A DNA stretch of 64,000 nt from Eledone cirrhosa. Lineage: Eukaryota. The translations under genes and the position numbers were made by a program. Position 1 is the stretch's first letter; each line of letters opens with the position of its first letter. The stretch is taken from NCBI GenBank assembly GCA_964016885.1, contig OZ024748.1, positions 41,602,001-41,666,000 on the forward strand, given 5' to 3'. This document shows, in pieces, positions 1 to 13,545 of this stretch. The notes under the pieces are model-generated. The model worked only from the letters and a program-made list of their open reading frames with translations. It was not told the origin of the DNA and did not search any database.

Positions 1-3000
1 GTGGAGGTGTTGAGGTGAAGTACAGTGGGGGTGTTGAGGTGAAGTAGAGTGGGGGTGTTGAGGTGAAGTACAGTGGGGGTGTTGAGGTGAAGTACAGTGG
101 AGGTGTTGAGGTGAAGTAGAGTGGGGGTGTTGAGGTGAAGTACAGTGGGGGTATTGAGGTGAAGTAGAGTGGGGGTGTTGAGGTGAAGTACAGTGGAGGT
201 GTTGAGGTGAAGTACAGTGGGGGTGTTGAGGTGAAGTAGAGTGGGGGTGTTGAGGTGAAGTACAGTGGAGGTGTTGAGGTGAAGTACAGTGGGGGTATTG
301 AGGTGAAGTACAGTGGGGGTGTTGAGGTGAAGTAGAGTGGGGGTATTGAGGTGAAGTACAGTGGAGGTGTTGAGGTGAAGTACAGTGGGGGTATTGAGGT
401 GAAGTACAGTGGGGGTGTTGAGGTGAAGTACAGTGGGGGTATTGAGGTGAAGTACAGTGGGGGTGTTGAGGTGAAGTACAGTGGAGGTGTTGAGGTGAAG
501 TACGGGGGTGTTGAGGTGAAGTACAGTGGGGGTGTTGAGGTGAAGTAGAGTGGGGGTGTTGAGGTGAAGTAGAGTGGGGGTGTTGAGGTGAAGTACAGTG
601 GAGGTGTTGAGGTGAAGTACAGTGGAGGTGTTGAGGTGAAGTACAGTGGGGGTGTTGAGGTGAAGTAGAGTGGGGGTGTTGAGGTGAAGTACAGTGGGGG
701 TGTTGAGGTGAAGTACAGTGGAGGTGTTGAGGTGAAGTAGAGTGGGGGTGTTGAGGTGAAGTACAGTGGGGGTATTGAGGTGAAGTAGAGTGGGGGTGTT
801 GAGGTGAAGTACAGTGGGGGTATTGAGGTGAAGTACAGTGGGGGTGTTGAGGTGAAGTACAGTGGGGGTATTGAGGTGAAGTAGAGTGGGGGTGTTGAGG
901 TGAAGTACAGTGGGGGTGTTGAGGTGAAGTACAGTGGAGGTGTTGAGGTGAAGTACAGTGGAGGTGTTGAGGTGAAGTACAGTGGAGGTGTTGAGGTGAA
1001 GTACAGTGGGGGTGTTGAGGTGAAGTACAGTGGGGGTGTTGAGGTGAAGTACAGTGGGGGTGTTGAGGTGAAGTACAGTGGGGGTGTTGAGGTGAAGTAC
1101 AGTGGGGGTGTTGAGGTGAAGTACAGTGGAGGTGTTGAGGTGCAGTAGAGTGGGGGTGTTGAGGTGAAGTAGAGTGGGGGTGTTGAGGTGAAGTACAGTG
1201 GGGGTATTGAGGTGAAGTAGAGTGGGGGTGTTGAGGTGAAGTACAGTGGGGGTGTTGAGGTGAAGTACAGTGGGGGTGTTGAGGTGAAGTAGAGTGGGGG
1301 TGTTGAGGTGAAGTACAGTGGAGGTGTTGAGGTGAAGTACAGTGGGGGTATTGAGGTGAAGTACAGTGGAGGTGTTGAGGTGCAGTAGAGTGGGGGTGTT
1401 GAGGTGAAGTACAGTGGGGGTGTTGAGGTGAAGTACAGTGGGGGTATTGAGGTGAAGTACAGTGGGGGTGTTGAGGTGAAGTACAGTGGAGGTGTTGAGG
1501 TGCAGTAGAGTGGGGGTGTTGAGGTGAAGTAGAGTGGGGGTGTTGAGGTGAAGTACAGTGGGGGTGTTGAGGTGAAGTACAGTGGGGGTATTGAGGTGAA
1601 GTACAGTGGGGGTGTTGAGGTGAAGTACAGTGGAGGTGTTGAGGTGAAGTACAGTGGGGGTATTGAGGTGAAGTAGAGTGGGGGTGTTGAGGTGAAGTAC
1701 AGTGGGGGTATTGAGGTGAAGTACAGTGGGGGTGTTGAGGTGAAGTACAGTGGAGGTGTTGAGGTGAAGTAGAGTGGGGGTGTTGAGGTGAAGTACAGTG
1801 GGGGTGTTGAGGTGAAGTACAGTGGGGGTGTTGAGGTGAAGTAGAGTGGAGGTGTTGAGGTGAAGTACAGTGGAGGTGTTGAGGTGAAGTACAGTGGAGT
1901 TGTTGAGGTGAAGTACAGTGGGGGTATTGAGGTGAAGTACAGTGGGGGTGTTGAGGTGAAGTACAGTGGAGGTGTTGAGGTGCAGTAGAGTGGGGGTGTT
2001 GAGGTGAAGTACAGTGGGGGTGTTGAGGTGAAGTACAGTGGGGGTATTGAGGTGAAGTACAGTGGAGGTGTTGAGGTGAAGTACAGTGGGGGTATTGAGG
2101 TGAAGTAGAGTGGGGGTGTTGAGGTGAAGTACAGTGGGGGTATTGAGGTGAAGTAGAGTGGGGGTGTTGAGGTGAAGTACAGTGGGGGTGTTGAGGTGAA
2201 GTACAGTGGGGGTGTTGAGGTGAAGTACAGTGGAGGTGTTGAGGTGAAGTACAGTGGGGGTATTGAGGTGAAGTAGAGTGGGGGTGTTGAGGTGAAGTAC
2301 AGTGGGGGTATTGAGGTGAAGTACAGTGGGGGTGTTGAGGTGAAGTACAGTGGAGGTGTTGAGGTGAAGTAGAGTGGGGGTGTTGAGGTGAAGTACAGTG
2401 GGGGTGTTGAGGTGAAGTACAGTGGAGGTGTTGAGGTGAAGTAGAGTGGGGGTGTTGAGGTGAAGTACAGTGGGGGTATTGAGGTGAAGTACAGTGGGGG
2501 TGTTGAGGTGAAGTACAGTGGGGGTATTGAGGTGAAGTACAGTGGGGGTGTTGAGGTGAAGTACAGTGGAGGTGTTGAGGTGAAGTACAGAGGAGTTGTT
2601 GAGGTGAAGTAGAGTGGGGGTGTTGAGGTGAAGTACAGTGGAGGTGTTGAGGTGAAGTACAGTGGAGGTGTTGAGGTGAAGTACAGAGGAGTTGTTGAGG
2701 TGAAGTACAGTGGAGGTGTTGAGGTGAAGTAGAGTGGGGGTGTTGAGGTGAAGTACAGTGGAGGTGTTGAGGTGAAGTAGAGTGGGGGTGTTGAGGTGAA
2801 GTACAGTGGAGGTGTTGAGGTGAAGTACAGTGGAGGTGTTGAGGTGAAGTACGGAGGTGTTGAGGTGAAGTACAGTGGAGGGGTTGAGGTGAAGTACAGT
2901 GGAGGTGTTGAGGTGAAGTAGAGTGGGGGTGTTGAGGTGAAGTACAGTGGAGGTGTTGAGGTGAAGTACAGTGGAGGTGTTGAGGTGAAGTACAGAGGAG

Positions 3001-6000
3001 GTGTTGAGGTGAAGTACATTGGAGGTGTTGAGGTGAAGTACAGAGGAGTTGTTGAGGTGAAGTAGAGTGGGGGTGTTGAGGTGAAGTAGAGTGGGGGTGT
3101 TGAGGTGAAGTACAGTGGAGGTGTTGAGGTGAAGTACAGAGGAGGTGTTGAGGTCAAGTACAGTGGAGGTGTTGAGGTGAAGTACAGAGGAGTTGTTGAG
3201 GTGAAGTAGAGTGGGGGTGTTGAGGTGAAGTACAGTGGAGGTGTTGAGGTGAAGTACAGAGGAGTTGTTGAGGTGAAGTAGAGTGGGGGTGTTGAGGTGA
3301 AGTACAGTGGGGGTATTGAGGTGAAGTACAGTGGAGGTGTTGAGGTGAAGTACAGAGGAGGTGTTGAGGTGAAGTACAGTGGAGGTGTTGAGGTGAAGTA
3401 CAGAGGAGTTGTTGAGGTGAAGTAGAGTGGGGGTGTTGAGGTGAAGTAGAGTGGGGGTGTTGAGGTGAAGTACAGTGGAGGTGTTGAGGTGAAGTACAGA
3501 GGAGGTGTTGAGGTGAAGTACAGTGGAGGTGTTGAGGTGAAGTACAGAGGAGTTGTTGAGGTGAAGTAGAGTGGGGGTGTTGAGGTGAAGTACAGTGGAG
3601 GTGTTGAGGTGAAGTACAGAGGAGTTGTTGAGGTGAAGTAGAGTGGGGGTGTTGAGGTGAAGTACAGTGGGGGTATTGAGGTGAAGTACAGTGGAGGTGT
3701 TGAGGTGAAGTACAGAGGAGGTGTTGAGGTGAAGTACAGTGGAGGTGTTCAGGTGAAGTACAGTGCGGGTATTGAGGTGAAGTACAGTGGAGGTGTTGAG
3801 GTGAAGTACAGTGGAGGTGTTGAGGTGAAGTACAGAGGAGGTGTTGAGGTGAAGTACAGTGGAGGTGTTGAGGTGAAGTAGAGTGGGGGTGTTGAGATGA
3901 AGTACAGTGGGGGTATTGAGGTGAAGTACAGTGGAGGTGTTGAGGTGAAGTACAGTGGAGGTGTTGAGGTGAAGTAGAGTGGGGGTGTTGAGGTGAAGTA
4001 CAGTGGAGGTGTTGAAGTGAAGTACAGTGGTGGTGTTGAGGTGAAGTAGAGTGGGGGTGTTGAGGTGAAGTACAGTGGGGGTATTGAGGTGAAGTACAGT
4101 GGAGGTGTTGAGGTGAAGTACAGTGGAGGTATTGAGGTGAAGTACAGTGGAGGTGTTGAGGTGAAGTACAGTGGGGGTATTGAGGTGAAGTACAGTGGAG
4201 GTGTTGAGGTGAAGTACAGTGGAGGTGTTGAGGTGAAGTACAGTGGAGGTGTTGAGGTGAAGTAGAGTGTGGGTGTTGAGGTGAAGTACAGTGGGGGTAT
4301 TGAGGTGAAGTACAGTGGAGGTGTTGAGGTGAAGTACAGTGGAGTTATTGAGGTGAAGTACAGTGGAGGTGTTGAGGTGAAGTACAGTGGAGGTGTTGAG
4401 GTGAAGTACAGTGGAGGTGTTGAGGTGAAGTACAGTGGAGGTGTTGAGGTGAAGTACAGTGGAGGTGTTGGGGTGAAGTACAGTGGAGTTGTTGAGGTGA
4501 AGTACAGTGGAGGTGTTGAGGTGAAGTACAGTGGAGGTGTTGAGGTGAAGTACAGTGGATGTGTTGAGGTGAAGTACAGTGGAGTTGTTGAGGTGAAGTA
4601 GAGTGGGGTGTTGAGGTGAAGTACAGTGGAGGTGTTGAGGTGAAGTACAGTGGAGTTGTTGAGGTGAAGTACAGTGGAGGTGTTGAGGTGAAGTACAGTG
4701 GAGTTGTTGAGGTGAAGTAGAGTGGGGGTGTTGATGTGAAGTACAGTGGGGGTGTTGAGGTGAAGTACAGTGGAGGTGTTGAGGTGAAGTACAGTGGAGT
4801 TGTTGAGGTGAAGTACAGTGGAGGTGTTGAGGTGAAGTACAGTGGAGTTGTTGAGGTGAAGTAGAGTGGGGGTGTTGATGTGAAGTACAGTGGGGGTGTT
4901 GAGGTGAAGTATAGTGGAGTTGTTGAGGTGAAGTACAGTGGAGGTGTTGAGGTGAAGTACAGTGGAGGTGTTGAGGTGAAGTAGAGTGTGGGTGTTGAGG
5001 TGAAGTACAGTGGGGGTGTTGAGGTGAAGTACAGTGGAGGTGTTGAGGTGAAGTACAGTGGAGTTATTGAGGTGAAGTACAGTGGAGGTGTTGAGGTGAA
5101 GTACAGTGGAGGTGTTGAGGTGAAGTACAGTGGAGGTGTTGAGGTGAAGTACAGTGGAGTTGTTGAGGTGAAGTAGAGTGGGGGTGTTGATGTGAAGTAC
5201 AGTGGGGGTGTTGAGGTGAAGTACAGTGGAGGTGTTGAGGTGAAGTACAGTGGAGTTGTTGAGGTGAAGTACAGTGGAGGTGTTGAGGTGAAGTACAGTG
5301 GAGTTGTTGAGGTGAAGTAGAGTGGGGGTGTTGATGTGAAGTACAGTGGGGGTGTTGAGGTGAAGTACAGTGGAGGTGTTGAGGTGAAGTACAGTGGAGT
5401 TGTTGAGGTGAAGTACAGTGGAGGTGTTGAGGTGAAGTACAGTGGAGTTGTTGAGGTGAAGTAGAGTGGGGGTGTTGATGTGAAGTACAGTGGGGGTGTT
5501 GAGGTGAAGTATAGTGGAGTTGTTGAGGTGAAGTACAGTGGAGGTAAAGTACAGTGGAGGTAAAGTACAGTGGAGGTGAAGTACAGTGGAGTTGTAGAGG
5601 TGAAGTACAGTGGAGGTAAAGTACAGTAGAGGTGAAGTACAGTGGAGTTGTAGAGGTGAAGTACAGTGGAGGTGAAGTACAGTGGAGGTAAAGTACAGTG
5701 GAGGTGAAGTACAGTGGAGGTGAAGTACAGTGGAGGTAAAGTACAGTGGAGGTGAAGTACAGTGTAGTTGTAGAGGTGAAGTACAGTGGAGGTAAAGTAC
5801 AGTGGAGGTGAAGTACAGTGGAGTTGTAGAGGTGAAGTACAGTGGAGGTGAAGTACAGTGGAGGTGAAGTACAGTTGAGTTGTAGAGGTGAAGTACAGTG
5901 GAGGTAAAGTACAGTGGAGGTGAAGTACAGTGGAGTTGTAGAGGTGAAGTACAGTGGAGGTGAAGTACAGTGGAGTTGTACATGTGAAGTACAGTGGGGG

Positions 6001-9000
6001 TAAAGTACAGTGGAGGTGAAGTACGGTGGAGTTGTAGAGGTGAAGTACAGTGGAGTTGTTGAGGTGAAGTACAGTGGAGGTGAAGTACAGTGGAGTTGTT
6101 GAGGTGAAGTACAGTGGAGGTGTTGAGGTGAAGTACAGTGGAGGTGTTGAGGTGAAGTACAGTGGAGTTGTTGAGGTGAAGTAGAGTGGGGGTGTTGAGG
6201 TGAAGTACAGTGGGGGTGTTGAGGTGAAGTACAGTGGAGGTGTTGAGGTGAAGTACAGTGGAGGTGTTGAGGTGAAGTACAGTGGAGGTGTTGAGGTGAA
6301 GTACAGTGGAGTTGTTGAGGTGAAGTAGAGTGGGGGTGTTGAGGTGAAGTACAGTGGGGGTGTTGAGGTGAAGTACGGTGGAGGTGTTGAGGTGAAGTAC
6401 AGTGGAGTTGTTGAGGTGAAGTACAGTGGAGGTGTTGAGGTGAAGTACAGTGGAGGTGTTGAGGTGAAGTAGAGTGGGGGTGTTGAGGTGAAGTACAGTG
6501 GGGGTGTTGAGGTGAAGTACAGTGGAGATGTTGAGGTGAAGTACAGTGGAGTTGTTGAGGTGAAGTACAGTGGAGGTGTTGAGGTGAAGTACAGTGGAGG
6601 TGTTGAGGTGAAGTAGAGTGGGGGTGTTGAGGTGAAGTACAGTGGAGGTGTTGAGGTGTTGAGGTGAAGTACGGTGGAGGTGTTGAGGTGAAGTACAGTG
6701 GAGTTGTTGAGGTGAAGTACAGTGAAGTTGTTGAGGTGAAGTACAGTGGAGGTGTTGAGGTGAAGTACAGTGGAGGTGTTGAGGTGAAGTACAGTGGAGG
6801 TGTTGAGGTGAAGTACAGTGGAGTTGTTGAGGTGAAGTACAGTGGGGGTGTTGAGGTGAAGTACAGTGGAGGTGTTGAGGTGAAGTACAGTGGAATTGTT
6901 GAGGTGAAGTACAGTGGAGGTGTTGGGGTGAAGTACAGTGGAGGTGTTGAGGTGAGGTACAGTGGAGTTGTTGAGGTGAAGTACAGTGGGGGTGTTGAGG
7001 TGAAGTACAGTGGAGGTGTTGAGGTGAAGTACAGTGGATTTGTTGAGGTGAAGTACAGTGGAGGTGTTGAGGTGAAGTACAGTGGAGGTGTTGAGGTGAA
7101 GTAGAGTGGGGGTGTTGAGGTGAAGTACAGTGGAGGTGTTGAGGTGAAGTACAGTGGAGGTGTTGAGGTGAAGTACAGTGGAGGTGTGGAGGTGAAGTAC
7201 AGTGGGGGTATTGAGGTGAAGTACAGTGGAGTTGTTGAGGTGAAGTAGAGTGGGGGTGTTGAGGTGAAGTACAGTGGGGGTGTTGAGGTGAAGTACAGTG
7301 GAGGTGTTGAGGTGAAGTACAGTGGAGTTGTTGAGGTGAAGTACAGTGGAGTTGTTGAGGTGAAGTACAGTGGGGGTGTTGAGGTGAAGTACAGTGGAGG
7401 TGTTGAGGTGAAGTACAGTGGAGTTGTTGAGGTGAAATAGAGTGGGGGTGTTGAGGTGAAGTACAGTGGGGGTGTTGAGGTGAAGTACAGTGGAGGTGTT
7501 GAGGTGAAGTACAGTGGAGGTGTTGAAGTGAAGTACAGTGGAGGTGTTGATGTGAAGTACAGTGGAGGTGTTGAGGTGAAGTAGAGTGGGGGTGTTGAGG
7601 TGAAGTACAGAGGAGGGGAAGTAGAGTGGAGTTGTTGAGGTGAAGTAAAGTGGAGGTAAAGTGTGGAGATGAAGTACAATGGGGTTGTGTAGGTGAAGTA
7701 CAGTGGAGATGAAGGACAGTGGATGTAAAGTACAGTGGAGGTGAAGTACAGTGGAGTTGTAGAGGTGAAGTACAGTGGAGGTGAAGTACAGTGGAGGTAA
7801 AGTACAGTGGAGGTGAAGTACAGTGGAGTTGTAGAGGTGAAGTACAGTGGAGGTGAAGTACAGTGGAGGTGAATACAGTGGAGTTGTAGATGTGAAGTAC
7901 AGTGGGGGTAAAGTACAGTGGAGGTGAAGTACGGTGGAGTTGTAGAGGTGAAGTACAGTGGAGGTGAAGTACAGTGGAGTTGTAGAGGTGAAGTACAGTG
8001 GAGGTAAAGTACAGTGGAGGTGAAGTACAGTGGAGTTGTTGAGGTGAAGTACAGTGGAGGTGTTGAGGTGAAGTACAGTGGAGGTGTTGAGGTGAAGTAC
8101 AGTGGAGGTGTTGAGGTGAAGTACAGTGGAGTTGTTGAGGTGAAGTAGAGTGGGGGTGTTGAGGTGAAGTACAGTGGGGGTGTTGAGGTGAAGTACAGTG
8201 GAGGTGTTGAGGTGAAGTACAGTGGAGTTGTTGAGGTGAAGTACAGTGGAGGTGTTGAGGTGAAGTACAGTGGAGGTGTTGAGGTGAAGTACAGTGGAGG
8301 TGTTGAGGTGAAGTACAGTGGAGGTGTTGAGGTGAAGTACAGTGGAGTTGTTGAGGTGAAGTAGAGTGGGGGTGTTGAGGTGAAGTACAGTGGGGGTGTT
8401 GAGGTGAAGTACAGTGGAGGTGTTGAGGTGAAGTACAGTGGAGTTGTTGAGGTGAAGTACAGTGGAGGTGTTGAGGTGAAGTACAGTGGAGGTTTTGAGG
8501 TGAAGTAGAGTGGGGGTGTTGAGGTGAAGTACAGTGGAGGTGTTGAGGTGAAGTACAGTGGAGTTGTTGAGGTGAAGTACAGTGGAGGTGTTGAGGTGAA
8601 GTACAGTGGAGTTGTTGAGGTGAAGTAGAGTGGGGGTGTTGAGGTGAAGTACAGAGGAGGTGTTGAGGTGAAGTACAGTGGAGTTGTTGAGGTGAAGTAC
8701 AGTGGAGGTGTTGAGGTGAAGTACAGTGGAGGTGTTGAGGTGAAGTACAGTGGAGGTGTTGAGGTGAAGTACAGTGGAGGTGTTGAGGTGAAGTACAGTG
8801 GGGGTGTTGAGGTGAAGTACAGTGGAGGTGTTGAGGTGAAGTACAGTGGATTTGTTGAGGTGAAGTACAGTGGAGGTGTTGAGGTGAAGTACAGTGGAGG
8901 TGTTGAGGTGAAGTACAGTGGAGGTGTTGAAGTGAAGTACACTGGAGGTGTTGAGGTGAAGTACAGTGGAGGTGTAGAGGTGAAGTACAGTGGGGGTATT

Positions 9001-10598
9001 GAGGTGAAGTACAGTGGAGTTGTTGAGGTGAAGTAGAGTGGGGGTGTTGAGGTGAAGTACAGTGGGGGTGTTGAGGTGAAGTACAGTGGAGGTGTTGAGG
9101 TGAAGTACAGTGGAGTTGTTGAGGTGAAGTAGAGTGGGGGTGTTGAGGTGAAGTACAGTGGGGGTGTTGAGGTGAAGTACAGTGGAGGTGTTGAGGTGAA
9201 GTACAGTGGAGTTGTTGAGGTGAAGTACAGTGGAGGTGTTGAGGTGAAGTACAGTGGAGTTGTTGAGGTGAAGTACAGTGGGGGTGTTGAGGTGAAGTAC
9301 AGTGGAGGTGTTGAGGTGAAGTACAGTGGATTTGTTGAGGTGAAGTACAGTGGAGGTGTTGAGGTGAAGTACAGTGGAGGTGTTGAGGTGAAGTAGAGTG
9401 GGGGTGTTGAGGTGAAGTACAGTGGAGGTGTTGAGGTGAAGTACAGTGGAGGTGTGGAGGTGAAGTACAGTGGGGGTATTGAGGTGAAGTACAGTGGAGT
9501 TGTTGAGGTGAAGTAGAGTGGGGGTGTTGAGGTGAAGTACAGTGGGGGTGTTGAGGTGAAGTACAGTGGAGGTGTTGAGGTGAAGTACAGTGGAGTTGTT
9601 GAGGTGAAGTAGAGTGGGGGTGTTGAGGTGAAGTACAGTGGGGGTGTTGAGGTGAAGTACAGTGGAGGTGTTGAGGTGAAGTACAGTGGAGTTGTTGAGG
9701 TGAAGTACAGTGGAGGTGTTGAGGTGAAGTACAGTGGAGGTGTTGAGGTGAAGTACAGTGGAGGTGTTGAGGTGGAGTAGAGTGGGGGTGTTGAGGTGAA
9801 GTACAGAGGAGGGGAAGTAGAGTGGAGTTGTTGAGGTGAAGTAAAGTGGAGGTAAAGTACAGTGGAGATGAAGTACAATGGGGTTGTTGAGGTGAAGTAC
9901 AGTGGAGGTGAAGGACAGTGGATGTAAAGTACAGTGGAGGTGAAGTACAGTGGAGTTGTAGAGGTGAAGTACAGTGGAGGTGAAGTACAGTGGAGGTAAA
10001 GTACAGTGGAGGTGAAGTACAGTGGAGTTGTTGAGGTAAAGTACAGTGGAGGTAAAGTACAGTGGAGGTGAAGTACAGTGGAGTTGTTGAGGTGAAGTAC
10101 AGTGGAGGTAAAGTACAGTGGAGGTGAAGTATAGTGGAGTGTTGAGGTGAAGTACAGTGGAGGTAAAGTACAGTTTTGGTGAAGTATAGTGAAGTTGTTG
10201 AGGTGAAGTAAAGTGGAGGTAAAGTACAATGGAGTTGTTGAGGTAAAGTACAGTGGAGTTGTTGAGGTGAAGTACAGTGGAGGTGAAGTACAGTGGAGTT
10301 GTTGAGGTGAAGTACAGTGGAGGTGAATTACGGTGGAGTTGTTGAGGTGAAGTACAGTGGGGGTGAAGTACAGTGGGGGTGAAGTACAGTGGAGGTGAAG
10401 TACAGTGGGGGTGAAGTACAGTGGAGGTGAAGTACAGTGGGGGTGAAGTACAGTGGAGGTGAAGTACAGTGGGGGTGAAGTACAGTGGGGGTGAAGTACA
10501 GTGGGGGTGAAGTACAGTGGAGGTGAAGTACAGTGGAGGTGAAGTACAGTGGAGGTGAAGTACAGTGGAGGTGAAGTACAGTGGAGGTGAAGTACAGT
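1..10598. repeat. 24-bp minisatellite (GTGAAGTACAGTGGAGGTGTTGAG) with interspersed blocks of a 16-bp derivative (GTGAAGTACAGTGGAG); runs off the window start
   Basis: Tandem unit read directly. 16-bp blocks at about 5530-6070, 7620-8040 and 9840-10598. Explains the KYSGGVEV / TPPLYFTS ORFs. Confidence 0.97.
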
Positions 10599-10647
10599 GT
10601 TTCGGGAGTTGAAAATGTAATCTTCTAATTTCAGTTTCTAACTCAGT

Positions 10648-11035
10648 TAGTACAGGGTGTGGTGGTGGTGGTAGTACAGGGTGTAGTGGTGGTGGTGGTG
10701 GTAATACAGGGTGTAGTGGTGGTGGTGGTGGTATTTAGTACAGGGTGTAGTGGTGGTGGTGGTAGTACAGGGTGTAGTGGTGGTGGTGGTGGTAATACAG
10801 GGTGTAGTGGTGGTGGTGGTGGTATTTAGTACAGGGTGTAGTGGTGGTGGTGGTAGTACAGGGTGTAGTGGTGGTGGTGGTATTTAGTACAGGGTGTAGT
10901 GGTGGTGGTGGTGGTATTTAGTACAGGGTGTAGTGGTGGTGGTGGTGGTAGTTAGTACAGGGTGTAATGGTGGTGGTGGTGGTGGTGGTGGTGGTAGTGG
11001 TACACGGTATAGTGGTTGTGTGGTAGCTGGTACAG
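10648..11035. repeat. GTACAGGGTGTA(GTG)n compound minisatellite
   Basis: About 12 variable-length units sharing the GTACAG core of the adjacent array. Confidence 0.9.
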
Positions 11036-11399
11036 GGCTGTGGGGCATTAGACAGCCCCTGTGTTTAGTGATGAGGAATGAGACGTGTGTGTAAAAGCTG
11101 AGTGTAAAGTGACATAAGTTCAACAAGCTCCGAGGAAGAGAAACCAATGTAGTAACTATAGAAACGAGGGATGAGACACACGTCTGTCGGCCAGAGGCTG
11201 ATTAGATTTTTTGTTGTTTTTTTTCCTCAATATATTTTCTACGATTGCCATTATCCTCAACACATTCACTCTCCTTTTTTTAACAGAAGAAAATGGTTCA
11301 AATTCTTATTTTCAACCCGAGAGATGTTCAGTTCTAATGTTTTAATAAAATCCATTGATATCAGGAAACAAATTGTTCTGGCGCTGCAGCTTCAATATG

Positions 11400-11705
11400 A
11401 ACCCGTAAGTCCCTACTGAGGGAGTCGTATGGGCGTTTCTGGGACTTTTTGAAACCTGGCGGAGGCCCTCCCTCTCCGGGTTTAGACCCAGGAGATTTCT
11501 TCCAGGGAAGGATAGAAAGTGAGAAAGAGATAAGGAGAAATAATCGACCCCAGTACTAGACTGGTACTTTGTTTTATCGACCTGGAATGGATAAAAGGCA
11601 AAGTTAACCTCGACGGGATTTGAACTGAGAGAGAGAAGAGAGCCGAAACAAATACCACAACGCATTCCATCCAAAGTTCTAACGACTCTGCTAATTCGTG
11701 GCCTT
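11400..11705 (-). mobile_element. tRNA-derived SINE, long-tailed variant
   Basis: Minus strand has a B-box-like GTTCAAATCCC followed by the conserved GAGGTTAACTTTGCCTTT...GTCGATAAAA..AGTACCAGT body seen in other copies in the window. Confidence 0.75.
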
Positions 11706-11718
11706 GTATCAGATAGTG

Positions 11719-11967
11719 CAGGGGCGGTGGAAGCATTTCTGAAGGGGGGGGGGGGGGCAAATTTGGTCAATTTAGTTTTAGTGATTAGTTTAGTTCTTTG
11801 CACTCTAAAATGGTCTGAAAAGTTCGATATGAGATAAACATAACATGTAGATAAATTGTAGCACATATCCAGATAGATGTGTTTTGGTAGTTTGGGGTGA
11901 AAATATAATTATTGGCGGGGAGAGGGGGGATCACGCCCCCCCCCCCCCCCCAGTCCCACCACCCCTG
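11719..11967. mobile_element. MITE-like non-autonomous DNA element
   Basis: Terminal inverted repeats CAGGGGCGGTGG...CCACCACCCCTG with subterminal G and C runs; non-coding interior. Confidence 0.6.
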
Positions 11968-12139
11968 TGGTGTATAAACGGACTAAACCCAGTATAAACT
12001 GGTTAGCCAAGAAGGTGAAAAGTCTAACGTTTCGGGTAACATCCTTTATTGGATAAAATATTCCGAGCCACACAAGGCCAGACAAAAGACGAAATAATTA
12101 TGGCTGAAATGTTTTGGATTTTAGATCTACTGGGTGAGA

Positions 12140-12530
12140 GTTAGAGTCGCTACCTTTACTATTCTTGATGGAGTCGTAGGGACGCCGTCCTGACACATGG
12201 AATATTTTAAACCTGGTGGAGTCCACCCCTCCCCAGGTCGGCCTCAGGTCGGCCCCAGGTCGGCCCCTGGTCGGCCCCAGGTCGGCCTCTGGTCGGCCCC
12301 TGGTCGGCCCCTCGTCCTAACACAACTCATTTCTTCCTCAGAAAAATGAGATAGGGCAGGAATCGACTCGACTCCAGGATTTGACTGGTAATACTTTATT
12401 TATCGATCCCGAAAAGGCGAAAAGCAATGCTGACTTAGGCAGGATTTGAACTCAGAACGCAGTGAGCCGGACCAAATACCGAAGCAGGTTTTAATCCGAC
12501 ATTTTAACGATTTTGTCAATTTGCCAGGTA
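12140..12530 (-). mobile_element. tRNA-derived SINE, long-tailed variant, with an internal 11-bp tandem (GGTCGGCCCCW x~7, 12235-12312)
   Basis: Same SINE body (GATTTGAACTC on +) and the GGAGTCGTAG tail shared with copies at 11400, 28600 and 35220. Confidence 0.7.
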
Positions 12531-12584
12531 CAGATTTAAGTTGGGACTAAAACAACAACGACGAAGAAGAGAGAAAGAAGAACT

Positions 12585-13130
12585 ACAACTATGGGACTTA
12601 ACATACGAGGATAGGCTGAAAAGTTCATATGCTCACTATGAAGGCGTGATGTTAGAGCTGTGAAATCTTGTATACATTAATTTCAACTCTTCCAAAGACT
12701 ATGTTGAAAAATAAACCTCTTTTGGTCATTCCATGAGAGTATCTTGGTCAGCCTATGAAGGAGTGATGCTAGAGCTGTGAAATCTTGTATACATTAATTT
12801 CAACTCTTCTTATTAATAACTGCATTGTTTCTTTCCAAGGACTATGTTGAAAAATAAACCTCTTTTGGTAATTCCATGAGAGTATCTTGGTCAACCTAGA
12901 ACGTTTCAGCTGACTATGGGACTTAACATACGAGGATAGGCTGAAAAGTTCATATGCTCACTATGAAGGAGTGATGTTAGAGCTGTGAAATCTTGTATAC
13001 ATTAATTTCAACTCTTCTTATTAATAACTGCATTGTTTCTTTCCAAGGACTATGTTGAAAAATAAACCTCTTTTGGTCATTCCATGAGAGTATCTTGGTC
13101 AACCTAGAACGTTTCAGCTGACCCTTGTAA
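12585..13130. mobile_element. Tandemly duplicated Tc1/mariner-type MITE
   Basis: Terminus TACGAGGATAGGCTGAAAAGTTCATA occurs twice (~12604, ~12929) with internal duplications; same family at 22235 and 29834. Confidence 0.65.
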
Positions 13131-13289
13131 AAAATGTGATAGTTTCATTTTAATGTGGGGAACCTCGACTATTACGAGGTCTGAGGTGGTAGAACACACC
13201 TGACCTGCTAGAAATAGTTGCTAAATCTCCCTCAAATCACAATTTACCGCCTTACAAACAAAACAAGACAGAAAACAGCCTATTATTTT

Positions 13290-13475
13290 GGATTGTCAGT
13301 ATCGGTAGAGGGTCGGACACCATGCTTTCCAGTACAGAGTTACGGCCCTTGCCATTCTGAGTTCAAATCTCACCGAGGTTAACTTTGCCTTTCATCCTTA
13401 CGGGGGTAGATCAAATAAAGTACCAGTAATGCACTGGAGTAATTGCTGGCCTTGTGCCAAAAGAAGAAACAATTA
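13290..13475 (+). mobile_element. tRNA-derived SINE, short variant
   Basis: A-box-like head, GAGTTCAAATC B-box, conserved body ending GAAACAATTATT; homologous to 36662-36845. Confidence 0.75.
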
Positions 13476-13545
13476 TTTATTCTGAGATAAACTATGTCTA
13501 AAACAGCTGACAAGAATGTTGGGGGCTGGGGGTAAAGATTTTGAG

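Noticed and set aside
3749-10229. 744-aa and 1721-aa ORFs (mucin/extensin-like)
   Set aside because: Translations of the 24/16-bp satellite; frames switch at indels, no unique domains, non-ATG start for the longer ORF.
12020-12056. Minus-strand hammerhead (…GGATGTTACCC-GAAACGTT)
   Set aside because: The CUGANGA box has decayed to CAATAAA; at best a dead remnant.
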